A stretch of 63,069 nt of DNA, filler included, from Basidiobolus ranarum (lineage: Eukaryota), in assembly GCA_040143965.1 (NCBI GenBank). It is 45 parts of 45 records of this genome, joined end to end, with 100 filler letters (N's around TTAATTAATTAA, not from the genome) between each part and the next. Parts side by side here need not be neighbours in the genome. Positions count along the whole stretch, not along the records: positions 37,964 to 39,266 come from JASJQH010005621.1; positions 39,367 to 40,668 come from JASJQH010005622.1; positions 40,769 to 42,070 come from JASJQH010005623.1; positions 42,171 to 43,472 come from JASJQH010005624.1; positions 43,573 to 44,874 come from JASJQH010005625.1; positions 44,975 to 46,275 come from JASJQH010005626.1; positions 46,376 to 47,676 come from JASJQH010005627.1; positions 47,777 to 49,077 come from JASJQH010005628.1; 37 more parts are not named here. One strand, 5' to 3'. Positions 37,964-50,578 of this stretch are shown here, piece after piece. The notes beneath the pieces were generated by a model, which ran no database searches, was not told the origin of the DNA, and saw nothing but the letters and a program-made list of their open reading frames with translations. Position numbers and translations under genes: made by a program. Each line of letters opens with the position of its first letter. The stretch's first letter is position 1.

Positions 37964-39072
37964 TGATGTAAGGATGATCAGGCAACCTTCCATGGAAGGT
38001 GTTGGCTGAAATACACTATGTGTAGGATGACATGATTGGTTAGATTTCATGGAATGTTCCAAAGAGCATGACTTCCATATAAGATAATCTTGATGAACTA
38101 ACACAAGGTTGGCAAGAAAGGATGGCACAGCAGACATGATGTCATAATCTAATAGTAGAAGAGCTCTATTTGCAGTGGATCAGCATGCTGAGATCAGAAT
38201 CATGACACCAGTCCACTAAATGTTGCAATTTATATTGATTAATTTGGGAATCTAGAATTTTGCTAACTTTATATTTTGGGTGTTCTTCCCCTTGGATTAC
38301 TGGGGATGGGTCAATGGATCAGCCCTGGAAGGTGTTTGCTTAAAAATCCTAAAAGGCCCTAGTCTTTTATGATTAAGCTTATCACAAGATCTAGTGGTTT
38401 TGATATCTTTTCAGAGTGGCCATACATAATCTCCTGGCTTGATATCTGGGCTTGGATATCTTTCCTTACCAGAAAAGTTTTTGCATTGGGATTGAGCATG
38501 CTCCAACTAGGATATAATTGTTTATGGATCTTCTTAAGGAAAGTGGCATGGTCTGAGGCATCAGGGTAAGGTAGATGGGATTGTGGGTGAGTTGTGAAAT
38601 AATGATGGAATCCGTAGTTTGCAAAGAAAGGAGTTTGTTTTGCTGAGGTATGACAAGAGTTGTTGTAGGCAAATTTAGCAGGAGACAACAATTGTGTCCT
38701 TTTATTTTGATTATAGTTAATAGTGCATCACAAATATTGCCCCAAAACTTGGTTGACTCTTTTTGTTTGGCAATCCAATTGGGTATGGAAGGAAGTGGAT
38801 AGGTTGCTAGAGATACCCAAGGTTTGGAGAAGACTTTTCCACAATTTGGAGGCAAACTGAGGTCCTTTGTCAGAGAAGATAGTTTCAGGAAGTCCATGTA
38901 GGCAGAAGATATATTGAGTTACCAATTCTGCTGTTTTTTTTGCATCAATTGACTTATTGCAGGGCACAAAATGGGCCATCTTTGTTAGATGTTCAACAAT
39001 TACCAGAATTTAATCATATTGGGCAGGCAATTGTAGATCAGTTATGAATTCCCAGGATATATATATCCACTG
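37964..39072 (-). mobile_element. Gypsy integrase relic plus LTR
   Basis: TKMAHFVPC, HGLPETIFSDKGPQF and TPFFANYG; homologous to 9866-11174. Confidence 0.9.
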
Positions 39073-39212
39073 TATTGAAATTATTTATGGAGAAATATTG
39101 GTCTGGCAGGAGTTGAACCCAGTACCTCCTTCACTTTAGCAAGGTGCTCCAATCACCAAGCTACCAGTCCTTGTATGCTATGCCTATGTTGCTAGGGAAC
39201 CTTAACCATAGT
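39073..39212 (-). mobile_element. About 140-bp dispersed element with a tRNA-like core (39099-39170)
   Basis: A-box- and B-box-like motifs and partial cloverleaf; flanks conserved with 55883-56022 and 42256-42339. Confidence 0.7.
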
Positions 39213-39366
39213 AGGCAAATCATAGCAAAAGATTTGGTTCATCCTCCCAGCCAGGTTTTCTTAGAGNNNNNNNNNNNNNNNNNNNNNNNNNNNNNNNNNN
39301 NNNNNNNNNNTTAATTAATTAANNNNNNNNNNNNNNNNNNNNNNNNNNNNNNNNNNNNNNNNNNNN

Positions 39367-40668
39367 TTGTTATTTGACAATATTGACAGTATTCTTTAGC
39401 TCTGCATATAATCCTCTTTCAGTACTTCCCATACGGTGTGTTTCTGGGCACCATACATTTCGTCATTTCACAGTATTTTGTAGCTCTACGTAGACTCTCC
39501 TTTTAGTGTGTCACATAACGTTTGTTAGTTGGCACCATTCCCATAATCATATGTAGGCACTCTTTAGCACTACGAAGACTCTCCTTTTAGCGCTTCCCAT
39601 ATAGCGTGTTTCTTGGCCCCATCTACTTCTTTGTATGACAGTACTCTTTAGCACTGATCAGCCTCTCCTTTTAGTGCTTCCACTACCGCCTGTTTCTGGG
39701 CACCATACCTTGCGTCATTTGTCAGCATTTTTTAGCACTGCGTAACCTCTCCTTTTAGCGCTTCCCATACGGCGTGTTTCTTGGTACCATACATTTCGTT
39801 ATTTGACAGTATTCTTTAGCTCTGCGTATACTCTCCTTTCAGTGCTTTCCATACGGCGTGTTTCTGGGCGCCATACCTTTTGTTATTGGACAGTACTCTT
39901 TAGCACTCATCAGCCTCTCCTTTTAGTGCTTGTATTACCGCCTGTTTCTGGGCACCATACCTTGGGTCGTTTGTCAGTATCTTTTAGCACTGCGTAGCCT
40001 CTCCTTTTAGTACTTCCCATACGGCGTGTTTCTTGGCACCACTCCCATCGTCATATATAGGCAGTCTTTAGCACTACAAAGACTCTCCTTTTAGCGCTTC
40101 CCATACGGCGTGTTTCTTGGCACCATACATTTCGTTATTTGGCAGTATTCTTTCGCTCTGAATATACTGTCCTTTCAGTGCTTCCCATACGGCGTGTTTC
40201 TTGGCACCATACCTTTCGTTATTTGAAAGTATTCTTTAGCTCTATGTAGACTCTCCTTTCAGTGCTTCCCATACGGCGTGTTTCTTGGCACCATACCTTT
40301 TGTTATTTGACAGTAATCTTTAGCTCTGAGTAGCCTCTTCTTTTAGTACTTCTCATACCGATGATTTCTGGGTACTATACCATTTGTCATTTGACATTAT
40401 TCTTTAGCTCTACGTAGACTCTCCTTAAAGTGCTTCCCATACGGCGTGCTTTTTGGCACCATACTTTTTGTTATTTGACAGTAATTTTTAGCACTGCGTA
40501 CCCTCTCCTTTTAGTGCTTCCCATATGGCGTGTTTCTTGGCACAATACATTTTGTTGTTTGAAAATATTCTTTAGCTTTGCGTATACTCTCCTTTCAGTT
40601 CTTCCCTACGGCGTGTTTCTTGGCACCATGCCTTTTGTTATTGGACAGTAATCTTTAGCACTGATCAG
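39367..40668. repeat. 84-bp tandem satellite, about 15.5 units filling the whole contig
   Basis: CTCTCCTTTTAGTGCTTCCCATACGGCGTGTTTCTTGGCACCATAC... recurs every 84 nt (for example 40083 and 40167). Confidence 0.95.
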
Positions 40669-41887
40669 NNNNNNNNNNNNNNNNNNNNNNNNNNNNNNNN
40701 NNNNNNNNNNNNTTAATTAATTAANNNNNNNNNNNNNNNNNNNNNNNNNNNNNNNNNNNNNNNNNNNNATGGTCGGCAAGGAGAAGTAAAGCCCAGATGA
40801 TCCAGAAGGTGAAGAGTGCAATGAACGATCTACGGACATTGACATTATCGGCAAAGCGTAGAGAGTCATACATTGGAATGGAGGCATCCATATTAGTCTG
40901 TTTGTAGGTTTAAGCTTGTATACAATATTTTGAAACTCTTAGAGATGATATCGTTTTCTGAACTGTAGCTCTCTTTTATATCTCCTTTGGGGACGCTACT
41001 CAAATGATGCTCTGGTGATCCATATGCACAATATCATCTTATTAAAGTCTGATGCGAAACCGCAATTATTTGATGTCATAGCTATCACATTGCAGTATGC
41101 CAAAATACCCTCTAGTTAAATGATTCTAATGATCTGGATGACTTGCACCGATCTAAATCCGTCTGCTCATGAGCGAGCTACTTGTAACTAAAATGGTAAA
41201 TGATACGCAATTGGTTCACATATTTGGATAGCTCGAGAAAAATCCATGAACTAATGAAACAGTACATAAGCGGAATGGAAAAATAATCCTACCGCACAGC
41301 ATGATGTCACTCCTCATGAGTATATATCGACTTTATTATACTCCGTCTAACTCTTACTCCTATTCTGAATGATTTTGTGGCATATGCCGATCATTCCATC
41401 TTATTAGGTTAGTAAAAAACTGCGGTCAAATAGTATTTTGAGGCAAGCTGGTTCAAAACTGGCCCATATCAGGTCAACAATGATGTCTTGCTCGCAATTG
41501 CCGATCTTGAAATATTATATCGATCTAGAACATTCACTACTTTAGTATTTGTCTCAAATCCAGAATGGTCATCATATAATTACTAAAAATTCTGGGTCAA
41601 ATATCGGAAATCGTTGTCACGGAATTTTATGCTATTAATATGTAAGAGTTCAAGTGATGATTGTCAATTGTTAATCAGTCAACCACATGATTGACGATTA
41701 GGTGATGATGAATATCTGAACAATCCTACGTAAAGATTACTAATTGCTATACTGAGGTTGTCGGTATATCAGCGAAACTGATATAAATGAAGATTTATTT
41801 CTTAAAACGAATCATACTGAAATCTAAAGTTCTAAATTACAATCAAGCATATCACTTTTCCAGTTACTTCTTTAACTTCAAAGCAAA

Positions 41888-42070
41888 ATGGCATTTTGGG
41901 ACAATTACAATCTTTGGAGCAAGGATGACAAGTACGTGCGTGACAGCTTCATCGCTCTGTGGACCCTGTGGATGGTGTGGGCTCTACTTCAGTTAGCCAA
42001 ATACTTCTTCACTTGGAACGACCGCAACCTTGCTACTGCCACTACAGGTCCAGCTATGCGCGAGCGGGTG
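41888..42070 (+). CDS. Host membrane protein, 5' part
   Basis: Good start context (AAAATGG), TATA-like element near 41781, hydrophobic FIALWTLWMVWALLQLA segment, GC-richer codons, CpG retained. Confidence 0.75.
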
Positions 42071-42170
42071 NNNNNNNNNNNNNNNNNNNNNNNNNNNNNN
42101 NNNNNNNNNNNNNNTTAATTAATTAANNNNNNNNNNNNNNNNNNNNNNNNNNNNNNNNNNNNNNNNNNNN

Positions 42171-42255
42171 ACAAAAGTGTCAAGGTTCTCAGACGCTTTT
42201 GCTATTTTGGAGGGTGGATCCGAGCCGGATCAAATAGATTTTATATTTGTTAGGG
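42171..42255 (+). mobile_element. CACTA right terminus, inserted into a tRNA-like element (remainder at 42256-42339)
   Basis: ...TTTGTTAGGG followed by the 3' two-thirds of the tRNA-like core and its tail. Confidence 0.75.
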
Positions 42256-42485
42256 TGGTAAGCGCACCTTGGTAAAGTGAAGGAGGTCCCAGGTTCAAAT
42301 CCTGGCAAGACCAATATTTCTCCCTAAATAAATTCCATAATAGAGAGTGTTACTAACTTAAAACTCCTACACTGCTCTGAAAAAGGGATACTTTTGTTTG
42401 CTAGCATTATTGGCAAGCAAGCCTTTCCAGTAGTATATTTTTTAGTGAAAAATGATTTAGAGCCAATGTAAATGTATGATCACAT

Positions 42486-43332
42486 TGATAAGAGTGTTTA
42501 AAGGATTTGCAAGTGTTTTGGGAAGATTTAGATCTGTGAATTGGGCATTTAAGTTTTATATTGGAATCAAATGTTAACATTCCCATTCTACTGACTATTT
42601 GTATTTTTCTTGAACCTGACTGCTATCATAATATATCAAATTGTGCTTCAGCTAAAGGTTTGGTTATAATGTCAGCAATTATTTGTTCAATAAAGCAATA
42701 GACAAGTTCAATTTTATCATTCTCCATAGATTCTCTACAAAACAATGCCCAATATTTATGTGTTTTGTTTTAGCATGAATTATAGGGTTTTCAGCTAATG
42801 CAATACAACTTTGATTAGCATCAAATACAATAGTGGCACATTGTAGCATGCATCCTGAAGCTGTAAATAACTTCCTTAAACACAACTTCTTGTGTAGTAG
42901 CAGAGGCAGCTAAATATGCTGCTTCTGCAGTGGAAAGTGTTACGTATAGTTTTGTCTTGCTATTATAAATTATGGCTTTGTTATTGCAGAAAAAAGTGTA
43001 TACAGTTGTTATTTCTATCATTAAAGCTTCTTCCCTAGTCTGCCTTACTGTAGCCTTTTATTTCTGGCATCAGGAATGCCAGGGTATTCTGGAACTAGAT
43101 CTCAAGTTTCTTGCCATTACCTGTATATTTGTTGTAATGCAGTTTTGGGCTTGGATCTTGGACACTTGAGCAATTGTCTGACAGTTCCCACTGCCACAGC
43201 AATGTCTGGATGTGTTCCTACCATTGTATATATTAAACTACCCAGCATGGACCAATAAAGTAACTACTGGCTCTGATTTAAGTCATTTTGCCCTAAACAA
43301 TTGAAATTTTCTTTAACTCCACATTTGAATCC
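42486..43332 (-). mobile_element. Copia RT/RNase H relic with an internally deleted LTR-C, cut by a CACTA left end (43333-43472)
   Basis: LSTAEAAY and KTKHINI motifs; CCCTAACAGAAATTTGAGG at 43333. Confidence 0.82.
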
Positions 43333-44658
43333 CCCTAACAGAAATTTGAGGATTGTTATCGTAGGAAAACCATCACAATTTTAATCCATTTGGGATTGAC
43401 CATTTACTTACCATCATAAAATTGTCAAGTTAGATTTGATTTTAATCAATTTTTTCAGTTTCAGGAGTGAAANNNNNNNNNNNNNNNNNNNNNNNNNNNN
43501 NNNNNNNNNNNNNNNNTTAATTAATTAANNNNNNNNNNNNNNNNNNNNNNNNNNNNNNNNNNNNNNNNNNNNAAAACTTATTGCTTAACTCTAGTGTCCT
43601 CATTCTCTTTATATAAGAATAGTGCTTGGTACCAAATCATGGCTTTACTGGCAATAAGCCTCCCAAGTATCGAAAGGTCAGAGAATTTTCGATCGCCATC
43701 GCAATTAGAGGGCAAAGAACACTTTTGCGCACAGATATCACCCAATTCGACACACAACTCTGGAACCATCGGATGTTATTGGCCGTCAAGATCTGAAGAA
43801 ATTCTAAATCATGGGCAGAAATTTCATTTGATGAAATTAGAAGTTTCAGACCCAAAAAAATATGAATATACATATATATCGAAAGTTTCATTAATTCTTA
43901 CTGGCATTGCTTCCACCGTGGCGTGATTGACCAAAATATGGGTTTATATTCTATATCTACCATATTGGTAAATTACCCATATACAAAGATATGGACCAAA
44001 AATACTCCAACATTATTAGAAGCATCTTGTTTGGTGACTATTCGTTTGCTTTGTTGATATATTATTGCTCGCGTGGAATCCATGTGGTTTAGGAACCAGT
44101 TCATATAATAGGAGTGGTTAGGTTGTGACAGCAGTTATGTGGGTGAAGCGCTTAGGTTAGTGATGTACAATTTCAGTATGGACCTGTGTCTATTATTGGA
44201 AATTGTTCTAACCACTAACAGCTTGTCGCTACTAGTATTAGTAGGGTTAGGATTCGGATGCTTGCTTTGATATTGGATGAGAATTCTGCGCAAGTTAATC
44301 ATCGAGTAAATATGGGACAGAATCGAGGTATAAGTTAGGAGATTTAGCCTCCTTACCAGTCATCTTTAATGCTTATAGAGGGTCTTATGATAAATAGCAA
44401 TTCGAAAGCATAATGTATCTTGGTAGATAAGTACCTTTGAAAGGCCTCAATGTTAGTTTTCGTATTAAAAGTCAAGATGGATACTGTTGTATAAAGCCGA
44501 TGGTTCGTTTACGGCAAATTTCCTACGATATCTATAGGTACTTTGTCGCTTGTGCACAACGTTCTACACATTTCCTTAAGCGCAACAATGCCTGAAATTT
44601 CCTTTCGACTCTTAAAATATAATGTATATCTTGTAGGAAGCGCTCTCTGGTGTTAGCT

Positions 44659-44680
44659 TATATATATATATATATATATA
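44659..44680. repeat. (TA)11 microsatellite
   Basis: Read directly from sequence. Confidence 0.9.
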
Positions 44681-44974
44681 TTGCTTTTAGAATAATTTAG
44701 AGTTATGGCTATGTGTTTAGGCAAACTTTAATGTATAATCTCAAATAAAATCCACTAAACAGTATCTATCTACATTTGTGGGCTTCTAATACTTGGGTAC
44801 TAGAAGAGAAAGGTATCTATGTATAATGCGCTCTTCAGAGCTTTTCTGGCTTTTCATCGCTAGTTGCACTACCTNNNNNNNNNNNNNNNNNNNNNNNNNN
44901 NNNNNNNNNNNNNNNNNNTTAATTAATTAANNNNNNNNNNNNNNNNNNNNNNNNNNNNNNNNNNNNNNNNNNNN

Positions 44975-46275
44975 GTCAATTTAACTGGAGCTTCTGAAGA
45001 GAAAGTATATACTTTTAAATATGTACTACATGTTCCATATATTGCCAAAACTTTAATATATATATGCGAGGCCACCTCAGAAGGGCTATAATTCAATTTT
45101 GATTAGTCAGGATGTACCATCACTGTTCCAAATGGGAACTATTTAGCTTGGGGAGAAAATGATCAAAACTTATACAAATTTACATATAATCTAAGAGGTT
45201 TATGTGTAAATATAGGTTATTCTAATCAAGAAACTATTCAATTATGGCATAAGAGATTTGGCATGTTGGATTTGATTATTAGAGCAAAATGATCAAATAT
45301 TGCCTAATTTCTGGATTTTAAATTGACCACCCAACCTAAATGGAAATATGTGAGAGTTGTATATATGGAAAACAAGCTAGGCAACCATTTGACAGCTCTG
45401 GTTTAATCAAATCTGTCAAAAAGTTAGATCTAATTCATTCAGATTTGAGTGGACTATGCAAAATTTATCTTTAGGCAGAATAAGGTATTTAATCACATTT
45501 ATTGAAGATTATACAAGATACACTTGGGTCTACTTCATGGAAAGAAAAGAAGAACCTCTCTCTATGTTTGAAGACTTCAAGACACTTGTGGAGACTGAAA
45601 CTTGAACTAAAATCAAAAAAATGCATATTGATAATGGTGGAGAATATACTTCAACACTGTTTAAGCACTATTGCAAAGTTCATGGAATTAAGCAAGTAAC
45701 TACTGCCCCCTATTCACCTCAACAAAATGGAGTTGCTGAAAGTGCTGACAGGACTATAATAGAAATTGCAACATCTATGATAAATGTATTAAAGTTTATT
45801 GTCTTTATCATATTTGTTATCTCTATCTTCATACACCTAACTATTTCATATATCACATATAAGTTAATTAACATTACCTTGTCAAATATCACTTAAGTAA
45901 AAATCAGAACCTATATTATATATATATGTGAATGATGTGAGAAATAGCAATTCCATATTGGAAATTTCAAACTAGTCCAAATTGCCCCAAAGACAGCTCA
46001 TTAACTCCCACATATGTTCTGAACACAACCCCAGTGTTAGTTTTTTGTATTTCCACCAAAATGTATAAATGCTTTATTTCTGGACAATAAAAAATTATCT
46101 CACCAAGCTATTCACAACTCCACTTTTCTAAAGTTCCTCCAAACAGCCCATATTTTACCAATAGCAATGGTAGAGGAGTATCAGTCACTCATGGATGACC
46201 AAACTTGGACTTTGGTTAAGTTACCAGATGACCCAAAATAATTGGATGCAAATGGGTGTTTAAAGTTAAACAGCA
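44975..46275 (+). mobile_element. Copia integrase relic, LTR-A (45787-46163) and RT start
   Basis: DNGGEY and PQQNGVAE motifs; LTR homology; GCKWVFKVK. Confidence 0.88.
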
Positions 46276-46915
46276 NNNNNNNNNNNNNNNNNNNNNNNNN
46301 NNNNNNNNNNNNNNNNNNNTTAATTAATTAANNNNNNNNNNNNNNNNNNNNNNNNNNNNNNNNNNNNNNNNNNNNGACTGCTCCCTTTGCCAGTATTTGC
46401 ATATTGACTGCTGATCAAGATGATAAATTCAATTAATCGACCATGCTTCAGAAGCTTCAGTTCAATCATTTCTGCTTTCGATCAATGATCGGAGCTTGAA
46501 CAAACCGATTCTCGTCGGATGTTGATGAATCTCTCTCAATTAGACTCTTCTACATCTTCGGATATAACCGTATAGCTTGCTTAACTAATCAAGTGTTACT
46601 ATATAATTGTGGTGATGAATCTGAAGCTTGAAATGTGAGAAGACGCAAACGCAATGGAAGCGGCTAAAATTCATAATAATCCTAGAAACAATGGTCTTTT
46701 TGAGAACAGCAGAATGAAGAGAGTTAAAGGGGAAGGAACTAGGTATATGTGGAGTGTTTATTGTGTGAACAACACCTATATATTTTTACTCTCATCAATA
46801 CTATCATGTACATATACACCTTGAAAACAATATTTCTTTTATAGAGATGCTACATACTTTATTGTTACTTGTGTGCAAATTGAGATTGACAAAAGATATA
46901 CAGAGGAAAACGTAC

Positions 46916-47518
46916 CTTTTGATATTATTGATCCAGCACCACTCTGGAGAGCTTTGAGCTGGATTCAGGTAGCCCAGCCCGAGAGTAAACGCTCCTAAAC
47001 CACCATGACACTAGAATCATATCAAATTAGACCAAATGAAAGTGCAAATATCTCTTCAAGCAACTTACTCTTCTCCAGCAATATCCACCTTGGCAGCCAC
47101 AAATGTCTTTGTTTCCTTTTTGCTTGGTAACTCCACAGTGGAGACCTTTCTCCTTTTCAACCTTTTCCCAGCCTTCCTGGAGAGCAATATTGCGATCAAT
47201 TGCATTACCTAGCACTCCGCCAGCAATACTACCGTCAACACCTCGCTTTTCCACTGAGTTGTCTGGCTGATGTGAGCTAACAATGAACTCTTCCAATATT
47301 TTGACACATTCCTTGAATCTCTCCTCCATGCCTGTGTGAAGACTCTGCAAAGTAGCTGGAAAGCTGTCTCCACATGCTTTAGCCTTCTTGTACAACTCCA
47401 CATACTCTGGGTTAGCAGTGAGTTCAGGCTGATTGCATCCATTAGGAGCAGCAATAGTTGGTATAAGCAGAGAAATGGTGGCAGTGCCAATCAAGACAAA
47501 TTTTTGAAAGCAAAGCAT
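46916..47518 (-). CDS. Secreted Cys-rich protein, spliced (exon 47518-47069, intron 47068-47011, exon 47010-46916; further exon uncertain)
   Basis: Signal-peptide-like N-terminus, internal EKR Kex2 site; GTAAGT...CTAAT...TAG 58-nt intron joins CGCQGGYCWRR to CHGG...PEWCWIN; next donor GTACGT. Confidence 0.8.
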
Positions 47519-48103
47519 TGTAGTTGAAAGTGGTTAACTAACACTTGGAATATGAGATTTAGGGTGGATGAAAAGCACCAGATGGTGTGGACTTTATTTA
47601 GCTTAAATACTAATCTAAACAAAGTGACAATCAAGACATCAATCTTTTAAGATATTGTGACAATACTGGATCATATNNNNNNNNNNNNNNNNNNNNNNNN
47701 NNNNNNNNNNNNNNNNNNNNTTAATTAATTAANNNNNNNNNNNNNNNNNNNNNNNNNNNNNNNNNNNNNNNNNNNNTATATGTGAATAATGTGAGAATTT
47801 GAAATTCTAAATTGGAAATTTCAAACTCAGCCAAATTGCCCCAAAGATAGCTAAATTTACGACCACATATGTTCTGAACACAGCCACAGTGTTAGTTTTT
47901 GGTATTTCTACAAAAATGTATAAATGCTTTATTTCTTGACAATAAATAATTATCTCACAAAGCTATTCACAACTCTACTGTTCCACAGTTCCTGCAAACA
48001 TCATATATTAGATTTTGTCAAATCAATGTAGTTTACTATATCAGGCATATGTATTACTACTATCCAAATACAACACTACACTCCATGATTTTACCATCAA
48101 GAG

Positions 48104-48475
48104 TGTTGAAGTTTGTTGTCTTTGTCATATTTATCTCTATCTTTATACACCTAACTATTTTGTATATCACATATAAGTTAGTTAACATTACTTAGTCAAA
48201 TATCACCTAGCTGAAAATTGGAACTTATATTATACATATGTGAATAATGTGAGAGTTAGCAATTCCATATTGGAAATTTCAAACTCATCCAAATTGCTCC
48301 AAAGATAGCTCATTTTACTCCCACAGATGTTCTGAACACAACCCCAGCATTAGTTTTCTTTGTCTCCACCAAAATGTATAAATGCTTTATTTCTGGATAA
48401 TAGATAATTATCTCACAAAGCTATTCACAACTCCACTTTCTAAAGTTCCTCCAAACAGCCCATATTTCCCCAATA
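48104..48475 (+). repeat. Solo LTR-A inside a CACTA transposase, 5-bp TSD AAGAG/AAAAG
   Basis: Flanks rejoin to the uninterrupted TCAAGAGCCCAGTCAG seen near 7519. Confidence 0.9.
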
Positions 48476-49077
48476 AAAAGCCCAGTCAGAATTCAACATG
48501 ATCACAGATATTAATTCACCAAATAGTCAGTCTAACATCAAGCTTGGTATTAGCCTTAAGCCTAAGATTATATTGCTAAAGCAGATCAGCTGGAGCCAGA
48601 GCTTCCCATTAGGCCTATGCACTTACTATTCAACAACATTTGAATACTACTTATTGAGCTATATAGTGGAAAATTTAATACAAATGAGCCATTCAAGATA
48701 GGATCAAAGTTTGAATCAATTGGGAAAATGCTTGAAAACATCAAGATATCACCATATTTTATCAGGACTCCCATCAATATCCACTCATCTAGGCATTTAT
48801 TCAAATGCAAAGACTGGAAGTATTGGATTTGTATATATTCAAGTGGAATCTTGAAAAGATTTCTGCCTGATAAGTATTGGCAACATTGGGAGTTGTTTGT
48901 CAATATTGTTAATATATTCTTACGGCATCAACTCACATTGGCAGATCTCAGGCAGATACAGCAACTGTGCAAAGATTTTGTAATTGGATATGAAAAACTT
49001 TATTACAGGTTTAAAGAAGATAGACTGAATCTATGCCAGTATTCAATACATTCCCTGCTGCATCTTTCACAATGCTT
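48476..49077 (+). pseudogene. CACTA transposase (DUF4218 region)
   Basis: FKCKDWKYW...FVIGYEKLYY...SIHSLLHLSQC. Confidence 0.9.
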
Positions 49078-49312
49078 NNNNNNNNNNNNNNNNNNNNNNN
49101 NNNNNNNNNNNNNNNNNNNNNTTAATTAATTAANNNNNNNNNNNNNNNNNNNNNNNNNNNNNNNNNNNNNNNNNNNNCCCCAGTGTTAGTTTTCTGTATT
49201 TCCACCAAAATGTATAAATGCTTAATTTCTGGTCAATAAATAATTATCTCACAAAGCTATTCACAACTCCACTTTTCTAAAGTTCCTCAAAACAGCCCAT
49301 ATTTTCCCAATA

Positions 49313-50056
49313 GCTATTTCCTGGACTTCAAAGAAACAACCTACGGTAGCACTTTCAACAACTGAAGCTGAATACATGGCTGCCTGTGAAGCAACAAAAG
49401 AAGCAAAATGGTTAAGAAAACTCTTAACAGATATGTGTTATTCTCAAAATTCACCAACTACAATATTTCAAGATAATCAAAGTTGTGTCAAATTAGCCAA
49501 AAATCGCACGTTTCATAATAGAAGCAAACACATAGATATTAAGCATCACTTCATTAGAGAGACTATAGAGAATAAATTCATTTACTTAACTTATTGTTCT
49601 ACAGAAGACATGATTGCTGATATATTAACCAAACCATTAGCTAGACAGAAATTTGAGAAATTTAGACCTTTATTAGGATTAGTTTGTATGACTATTTAGT
49701 TGAGGGAGAGTGTTGAAATTAGCATTGCCTAAACACCTATATAGTCATATATAGCTTAGTAACAGTTATCTTATAACTCACTAAGCTATTATCAATTATT
49801 CTCAATTGGAATTTACTTGGAGTATTTTACCAACTTAGAAGTTCTTGGATATATAGATTTTTCAAACTTGTGCTAGAAGCCCCAAACTTTGCACACATGT
49901 TCCTGGGACCTTCCTTAACATACTCTACATGTTAGTTTGTTTACATCTTGACAAACCTATAAATGTCAACTTTCTACTCAATAAATCAACAAGTGAAAAC
50001 CACCAATTCCTCTAATTCTCCAAACCACTTCCAACAGGCTTCCAAATACTTTAACA
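49313..50056 (+). mobile_element. Copia RNase H end, PPT and 3' LTR-B (49711-50056)
   Basis: ALSTTEAEY, RSKHIDIKHHFIRE and ADILTKPL; PPT GAGGGAGAG; TG...CA termini. Confidence 0.93.
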
Positions 50057-50191
50057 AAAGCATGGTACTCATCAGCCATTGCAGATCTCCAAGATTTTGT
50101 GTGAGGGCCATTCAGGGCCTCTTTTACAGTCTGGGGCTTATGTATATGAGCTATGCAGGCATAGGCCCAACTTTGGGACTCATTGATATAG

Positions 50192-50478
50192 TCCTTAATC
50201 AAAACAAAATCAGTTTGATCTGGATTAGATCTACCCTTCTGGATTGCAAAATTGTCAGAGAACCATCTTAATACTGGTGGCTTGCATTCTGCCAGGGATT
50301 TTGATGTTGAGACAGTGGCTTCTTGATGGTATTCAAACATGGTAAAATATGAATCCTCATATTTGGCATGTGTTATGTAATTCCAAAAATATATGAAAAA
50401 ACTATTTTTGAATGGCAAATAACCAGGTTTGCTCTTATAGGATTTTGAATCAATATACATGCCTTTATTTAGGATCGG
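50192..50478 (-). mobile_element. Diverged CACTA right end
   Basis: Reverse-complement similarity to 2910-3207. Confidence 0.65.
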
Positions 50479-50578
50479 NNNNNNNNNNNNNNNNNNNNNN
50501 NNNNNNNNNNNNNNNNNNNNNNTTAATTAATTAANNNNNNNNNNNNNNNNNNNNNNNNNNNNNNNNNNNNNNNNNNNN

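Noticed and set aside
39367-40668. CRISPR array or 28-aa coding repeat
   Set aside because: The whole 84-bp unit is repeated with no unique spacers; stop codons recur in the frames examined; no cas genes; eukaryotic context
43578-43926. Three overlapping short ORFs
   Set aside because: No recognisable motifs; more likely promoter DNA (minus-strand TATATAAAG near 43607-43615) of a gene beyond the gap
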